Shown: positions 48,965-55,640 of the stretch, in pieces | Layout: each line of letters begins with the position of its first letter | How positions within the stretch are numbered: the first letter of the stretch is position 1 | NCBI RefSeq assembly: GCF_001194135.2 | Contig: NC_068981.1 | Coordinates: 26,275,926-26,331,565 of the forward strand | Source: Octopus bimaculoides | Lineage: Eukaryota | Direction: 5' to 3' | Length of the DNA: 55,640 nt | The notes under the pieces: model-generated | Told to the model about the DNA's origin: nothing | The model's input: only the letters and a program-made list of their open reading frames with translations | The model's database searches: none | Translations under genes and position numbers: made by a program

Positions 48965-50032
48965 GGACGTGTGGTAGGAAGCTTGCTTCTCAACCACATG
49001 TTTCTTCGTTCAGACCGACTGCGTGGCATCTTGGGCAAGTGTCTTCTGCGATGGCCTCGGGTCGACCAAATCCTTGTGAGTAGATTTGGTAGACAGAAAC
49101 TGAAAGAAGCCCGTCGTATTCATGTGTATATACAGAGTATCCCAAAAGTGACTGATGAGTTTCAATTTTTAATAACTTCCTTAACTCTACAAATAAATGC
49201 ATGAAATTTTGATACAATATAAAGGACATAATGGAAATTAATATGCACGAGTCATATTTTGCAACACCACTACATCACATGAAAAATGATATCGCTTAAA
49301 TGGCAGCCATTTTCGGCTTTGCATACTCATGCTCTTTCCAAAACTTGCACCATAACACCCTCAAGGGTTTCAGACCCCACTTCCCTGATTTCTCAATTTA
49401 TGTTCTCCTTCAGTTGATCCAGGATCTCTGGTTTGTTGACGTAAAGCATCTCATTCAGGTATCACCACAAGAGAAAACTCCGGGCTAGTCAAGTCTGGGG
49501 AACTTGAAGGCCATTCAAAGTAGACCTCAGACATGGTTCCAGTAAGCTGGAGCAACTGCTCATACTGTAAGAGAAACAATGCAGTTGCTACGGCAGTACT
49601 TTGGAGAGAGAATAATCTCTTGCTACGGCAATGTCAACTGGCCTTCGCGTTCCCTAGAACGTTCTCCAAATGAAGGAGAACATGAATAGAGAAATCAGAG
49701 AAGCGGGGCCTGAAATTCTTGAGGGTGTTATGGTGCAAGTTTTGGAATGAGCACGGGCGTACGAAGCCGAAAATGGCTGCCATTTAAGCGATGTAATATT
49801 TCATATGAGTTGTAGTGGTGTTGCAAAATATGACTCGTGCATATTAATTTCCATTATGTCCTTTATATTGTATCAAAATTTCATGCATTTATTTGTAAAG
49901 TTAAGGGAGTTGTTAAAAATTGAAACCAACCAGTGATTTGTAGGACACCCTGTTTATATATATATGTGTGTGTGTGTGTCTGTCTGTCCTTAAACACCAC
50001 CACCGCTTGACAACTAATGCTGGCGTGTTAAC
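48965..50032 (+). mobile_element. SINE family B interrupted by a DNA transposon
   Basis: The head aagcttgcttctcaaccacatg...gaaactgaaagaagcccgtcgta runs to 49130. The internal TA/TG tract and caccgcttgacaac resume at 49953. Confidence 0.7.
49133..49952. mobile_element. Fold-back Tc1/mariner (rosa/DD41D-like) derivative built from two transposon 3' ends
   Basis: Termini ta|cagagtatccc and caccctg|tt, with ~280-bp inverted arms (49133-49412 / 49671-49952). The + strand reads WFQ*AGATAHT...NWPSRS; the - strand reads WPSSSPDLTSPE...YVNKPE...ENGCHLSDIIFH. Confidence 0.85.
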
Positions 50033-50812
50033 TAGAACTTCCACTACCCCTGATGTATATATACATATCGCCCAACCACCTTCTTTTGGCCGGGGATCTA
50101 AATTAGGGCGGAGAGAACTAATCAATTAGGGCGATCCCAATGCTCAACTGGTCGTTACTTTCGCAATCCTGAAAGGATGTAAGGCTATTTCGAGCGCTGC
50201 TTAATTTGATCTCAGAGCGTTCGTCCAGCGTGTTACTGATGCTCTGCAATCTCGCAACCTCAATAATGATAGTAATAATCGGTTCTGAAATCTTCGGCAA
50301 GGCGGCTGGTCGATTACATCAACACCAATGCATAAAAGGTACTTATTTTATCGACCTCGAAAAAATGAAAGGCTAAGTCGACCTCGACGGAATTTGAACT
50401 CAGGACTTAAAGACAGGGGAATTGCCGCTAAGCGTTTTGATTCTACCAGTTGGTTTCTTTTTGAGCTCAAAGTTTCCTAATACACGAGGATATTACATGA
50501 GCAGGACTGCAAAAACTAGAATGGTCATTTTTGCGTATAAGCAAGATGTTAGCAAAACAAAAACAACATAGTGGCAATAACATTTTAAACAAGGAGACTT
50601 CCCAAGTAGAAGGGAAACCTCCGAGGGCTACTCGTGAACACCCCACAAATCCACAGCCATTTTGATCACGAAGGTAAGCAGTCTTTCCAAGCTGGTTTCC
50701 AATTTTAATAACACATGTTAAGATGTGGCCTAACTATTTGCACTATGCTCGTTGTAACAGTCATCCACTTTTCAACGAACTTGCTGTACTTCAACACTTT
50801 ATTCTCTGCCCT

Positions 50813-51161
50813 GTGAAGGCGCATGGCTCAGTGGTTAGAGCGTCGAGCTTACGATCGTGAGGTTGTGAGTTCGAATCTCTGACCGGGCTGCGTGTTGTGT
50901 TCTTGAGTAAGACACTTTATTTCACGTTGTTCCAGTTAACTCAGCTGTAAAAATGAGTTGCGACATCACTGGTGCTAAACTGTATCGGTCCCTTTGCCTT
51001 TCCTTGGATAACATTGGTGGTGTGGAGAGGGTAAGCCGGTATGCATGGGCGACTGCTGGTCTTCCATAAACAAGCTTGCCCGGACTTGTGCCTAGTAGGG
51101 TAACTTTCTAGGTGCAATCCCATGGTCGTTCATGACCGAAAGGGGTCTCCTCGTCCTCAGC
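50813..51161 (+). mobile_element. Full-length tRNA-derived SINE (family C) with 12-bp target-site duplication
   Basis: Head ggcgcatggctcagtggttagagc...gttcgaatc. The TSD attctctgccct lies at 50801-50812 and 51162-51173. Confidence 0.9.
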
Positions 51162-51953
51162 ATTCTCTGCCCTCACTATCCTTTTCAAGTGAAGCGTGAC
51201 AGAGTTGATGGGCACGCCACCGAAAATAAAGTGTCTAGTTTTAGCCTTTTCAACCTTTTGCATCATGCATCTTTCGTCAAATCGGAAGGTAAAACTGCCT
51301 GCATTTTCCAGCCAAAAGAAGGCGATAGGGGTGATCTTCAAACTTAATTCAAAGGAGAGCAAGATCCGTCCTACGTATGACAGCAGCTGTTTGATATAAC
51401 TCCACTATTCTGCAATGCTCGGGGACTGGATGGATGAGTGCAACACAGCTTCGTCGGATTGTGTGCATCTCGGAAGGCTTGTTCGAGTTTACCTGGAACC
51501 GGCAATGTCACCTGTAAAACTACTACGTCAGGAATTTCCGGGAATTATCCATAATCCTCGGACCATAAGTCCTCCAGAACAGAACGGTCAGCTGATTTTC
51601 GTCGACGCCCAGAATTCCTCGAGAATGACACCGCTTTTATCCACAATTAATCTTCCATAAAACGCCAATGTGGAATTTCTGCCGACCGCATTGCTTGACA
51701 TGAAGAGGACTTCGTGCGCACGACAACGTATCAGCTACCAAGCAGCATGTTCAGGTTTTCGTTTGAAACAGCGTTAGCGCAATTTCGTCCGTCTTTACAT
51801 TCAAATTCTGCTGCGGCCGACTTTGCCTTACACTCTTTTCGAGTCCGATGAAATAAAAAATTTTGTGCTAAGCCTCACTTGTCCTTTGTTTCGTATTGTC
51901 CCTTTCTGTTTTGTGTCCGGCTCTTGTGGCCAATGGAGAAAAAAAAATTATTA

Positions 51954-51959
<6 letters not shown>

Positions 51960-51991
<32 letters not shown>

Positions 51992-52305
51992 GAGTGAGAG
52001 AACAGTGCATGCTATCAAAGTGACACTGGGGTACAAATATGCGAAGTCCGTTATACCCATCATGACTACCCGTCTGATAAGGGTACACCAGGTACATGCA
52101 TCACAACCATATGTGCGTGACATGGTGATCTCATATCAAGATAAACAGCGCATGACCTCGTAGGTGGGGCCCAGTTAGAACTTTCTTCGGGTCGAGTAGC
52201 CCATCCTGCTCAAAAGGTCTCTGAATAAGGTTTGTTTAAGGATGTTGAGCAAAACACCCATGTTTCCAAAGGTGAATTATTCAAACCCCAAAGAATTCCT
52301 CTCAA
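51960..52305 (-). mobile_element. Interspersed retroposon-like repeat with (AAT)n tail
   Basis: A GC-richer block whose minus strand ends ...ctctcactcaataataataat. Family not assigned. Confidence 0.5.
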
Positions 52306-52384
<79 letters not shown>

Positions 52385-52388
52385 GTCG

Positions 52389-52438
<50 letters not shown>

Positions 52439-53463
52439 ATTTTCTTTTACTTCTTTCAATTTTGTTTCTATGTCATGCCGATGTCTTCCTGACACTTAGG
52501 TCAAATAAACACACTGTATACATTGATAGGCCACTAAACTAAATACACAAGATTTCAAAATTAAATTAAGTTGTGTGGGAACAAAAATTACACGGGCGGT
52601 AATCGTTCTCACAGCGACAATGCTCATCTCAATACGTGTGACGTACGATAAAAGCAATCTTTTGCACTCCTGGCATTGATGATAATCCAGAGATCATTCC
52701 GAAATAATTTTCAGTTTCTTTTTTTTTTCTTTTTTTAAATCACTCCAAGAGCTGCTACAATCATTAGTATTGTAACCACCTTGAGATGCCACACTTTTTT
52801 AAAATTTCAATGAGCAAATCTTTATATTTTCTGCGCTTGCCAAATTCTTTTGCCGAGATATTATGATCAAAAGGAATAGTCAATAATCGATCAATAAACA
52901 AACTTTATAGTTTTGATCTTTCACAACAATTTCCGGTTTATTAGCTTGGATGGTTCAGTCTGTATGTACTGGAAAGTACCAAAGAACCGTTAGATTTCCC
53001 CCTCATTTACAGCCTCAAGGTGATGCTTATAATCATCATCATCATCATCATCATCATCGTCGTCGTCGTCGTCGTCGTTGTTGTTGTTGTTATTATTATT
53101 ATTATTAATAATAATAATTATCTATAATGCTCAAATAATTCAACGAAGGAAAGTAAATGTAAATTGCAGTAAGAAAAAAAAAAGGATTATATTAATATTT
53201 CTAAATCCGTTAGTGTATGATCAAATCGAATCTTAGCTAGGGATAATCCGGCAAAAAGCAATCCAATTTTCAGGGAGTTAAAATTCAGTTGAGATGGCCT
53301 AATTCCCCCAATAAATAAAATACACAAACAACAAATAGAATTATAAAATAATTTTGATTTGGTAAAAGGCCAATTCATTAACAGTGTTGCTTTTGTAGTT
53401 GTAATTGTTGTTGTTGCTGTTACTACTGCTCCCGCTGCTCCAGCTGGTTTTATTGTTCCTGCT

Positions 53464-53841
53464 ATTGTATGTTGGCACTCCGTCGCTTACGACGACGAAG
53501 GTTCCAGTTGATCCGATCGACGGAACAGCCTGCTCGTGGAATTAACGTGCAAGTGGCTGAGCACTCCACAGACACGTGTACCCTTAACGTAGTTATCGGG
53601 GATATTCAGCCTGACACAGAGTGTGACAAGGCTGGCCCTTTGAAATACAGGTACGAGAGAAATAGGAAGAAAGAGTGAGAGAGAGAGAGCACAGCAGGGC
53701 TCGCCACCTTCCCCTGCCGGAGCCTCGTGGAGCTTCAGGTGTTTTCGCTCAATAAACACTCACAACGCCCGGTCTGGGAATCGAAACCGCGATCCTATGA
53801 CCGCGAGTCCGCTGCCCTAACCACTGGGCCATTGCGCCTCC
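53464..53841 (-). mobile_element. Full-length tRNA-derived SINE (family D, tRNA-Arg-like head) with 10-bp target-site duplication
   Basis: Reverse-complement head ggaggcgcaatggcccagtggttagggcagcggactcgcggtc...ggtttcgattccc. The TSD tgttcctgct lies at 53454-53463 and 53842-53851. Confidence 0.9.
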
Positions 53842-54483
53842 TGTTCCTGCTGTTAATTATTACACATAAGACAGCAAGCTGGGGATGGTGGTACAAATTA
53901 TTCCTCTCCCTTCAATATTGTTGGTCTTGTGCTTAAATTAGACACGTTTACTTAGTACAGCNNNNNNNNNNNNNNNNNNNNNNNNNNNNNNNNNNNNNNN
54001 NNNNNNNNNNNNNNNNNNNNNNNNNNNNNNNNNNNNNNNNNNNNNNNNNNNNNNNNNNNNNNNNNNNNNNNNNNNNNNNNNNNNNNNNNNNNNNNNNNNN
54101 NNNNNNNNNNNNNNNNNNNNNNNNNNNNNNNNNNNNNNNNNNNNNNNNNNNNNNNNNNNNNNNNNNNNNNNNNNNNNNNNNNNNNNNNNNNNNNNNNNNN
54201 NNNNNNNNNNNNNNNNNNNNNNNNNNNNNNNNNNNNNNNNNNNNNNNNNNNNNNNNNNNNNNNNNNNNNNNNNNNNNNNNNNNNNNNNNNNNNNNNNNNN
54301 NNNNNNNNNNNNNNNNGTGGTGGTGGCGGCGGTGGTGGTGCGACATCACTGGTGCCAAGATGTAACGGCCCCTTTACATTTCCCTTGGATAACACTGGTG
54401 TTGTGGAGAGGGGAGGCCGGTATGCATGGGCGACTGCTGGCCTTCCATAAACAACCTTGTCTGGACAAGTCACAACGAGGACC

Positions 54484-55140
54484 TCAGACTGACAGTACTT
54501 TACGCAATATGCGTGCAGTTCCAAGTAATGCCGATTTTTGCAATGCACCTAGATTTTAGGATATTTCTAAAGTTTTCAGATGTTTCTTCAGCTTGGGTGG
54601 CATTGAACCCAATGCTCTGATGACAACAGGGACAACCTTTAAGTTTGGCTCACATAGGTGCCACATCTTGGCAATCTCAGTTCACAGGTCTCCATATTTA
54701 TCAATCTTTTCTCCTTATTTCAGGAACTATGTGGATCTCCTGACACTGCCTCATTGATTATTAAGCACTTTTGTTTGTCCCTCCTAAATATTATCGTGTC
54801 CTGCATTCCGTGCTCTAACATTTTGTCTGTCTGGAAATCAAAGTCCCAGAGGATTTTTGCCTTCCCCTTTCTGTCCATTACCTTTTTTGGTGTATGTTGG
54901 TACCAAGCACCCATTACCTCGTATCCATACTTCCGGCATAGTAACATGTGAAGGTATTAGGCTACCTTGTCGCGCCTGCGCTTGTACTTTTTGCACACAA
55001 GACTTGCAGAAGCAATAACAATGTGAGTCACGCTTTCGTTCCTCTTCACAATCGAATGCGTGATCAGACGAAACCGATAAGTTAGTTACCAGTGGTTTCG
55101 TATCTTTTCTCCGTCACTTTCAGGAACTTTTCGAAGTTTA
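54484..55140 (-). mobile_element. R4/Dong-like non-LTR retrotransposon 3' fragment (zinc knuckle plus restriction-like endonuclease), decayed
   Basis: The minus strand reads ESVTHIV...KYKRRRDKVA...LLCRKYG...WYQHTPKKV...KILWDFDFQTDK...KCLIINEAVSGD...KIDKYGDL...VVPVVIRALGS...LQKSALLGTARILRKVL*. Confidence 0.85.
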
Positions 55141-55269
55141 TCCCAATGAGAAGATGAACAAAGTAGCGTATTACACAGCGTACCCCATCGATTGGTTCTT
55201 AGGGTCACACATGCGCACGTATGTAACTTTATATACGTGTGTGCATACGTTATGTCTATATTTGTTTGT

Positions 55270-55317
55270 ATCTACTTCTATATCTTTCTATCTATCTATC
55301 TATCTATCAATATATAC

Positions 55318-55351
<34 letters not shown>

Positions 55352-55640
55352 GCATGTATGTATGCATGTATGTATGTACATACGCACATAAAAACCTAAA
55401 TAAACACATATGTATACATGAGTGTGTATGTGTATGTAAGCGTGTGAGAGTGGGAATGTGTATGTGCATAAATATATAGATTAATTTATATACGCATTTA
55501 TATATATATATATATGTATGTATATATATGTATATATATATATATGTATATATGTATGTATGTATGTATGCATGCATGCATGTACGTATGTATGTATGTA
55601 TGTATGTATGTACGTATGTATTATGTATGTATGTATATAT
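55270..55640. repeat. Compound (TCTA)n/(TA)n/(TATG)n microsatellite block
   Basis: Directly visible; similar blocks flank most N-gaps. Confidence 0.9.

Noticed and set aside
53765-53841. tRNA-Arg-like gene on the minus strand (likewise the heads at 50818 and ~32750)
   Set aside because: The D-stem pairs, but the acceptor, anticodon and T stems do not. The sequence continues into a SINE body bounded by a TSD.
926-54548. Numerous long ORFs filled with X (e.g. 34400-36520, 36564-38144, 22668-23567)
   Set aside because: They stay open only because N-gaps and microsatellites contain no stop codons. Only the 36717-36885 part of the 36564 ORF is a real exon.

Overview
Eukaryotic, AT-rich, repeat-dense genomic DNA with 13 N-gaps (about 6.5 kb), mostly next to microsatellites, as expected of a short-read draft assembly. 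The SINE complement suggests a cephalopod, probably Octopus (inference from recalled repeat families). One host gene is supported: a + strand ASMT/HIOMT-like class II SAM-dependent O-methyltransferase. Six exons between 36717 and 42892 splice into 395 codons plus stop; the first coding exon is uncertain, with a candidate at 31495-31515. The protein keeps the DLGGGxG SAM motif and the catalytic His/Glu pair. It also carries an approximately 70-residue Asn-Gly-rich insertion and several altered substrate-pocket residues. The rest is decayed mobile DNA: a Penelope-like element, an internally deleted mariner, a fold-back rosa-like (DD41D) Tc1/mariner derivative, CR1-like and R4/Dong-like LINE fragments, and several tRNA-headed SINE families. 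There are also three other long inverted repeats or palindromes, several hammerhead-ribozyme-like motifs and three short local duplications. Most ORFs in the supplied track are gap or microsatellite artefacts. All comparisons to known families were made by eye from memory, not by database search.
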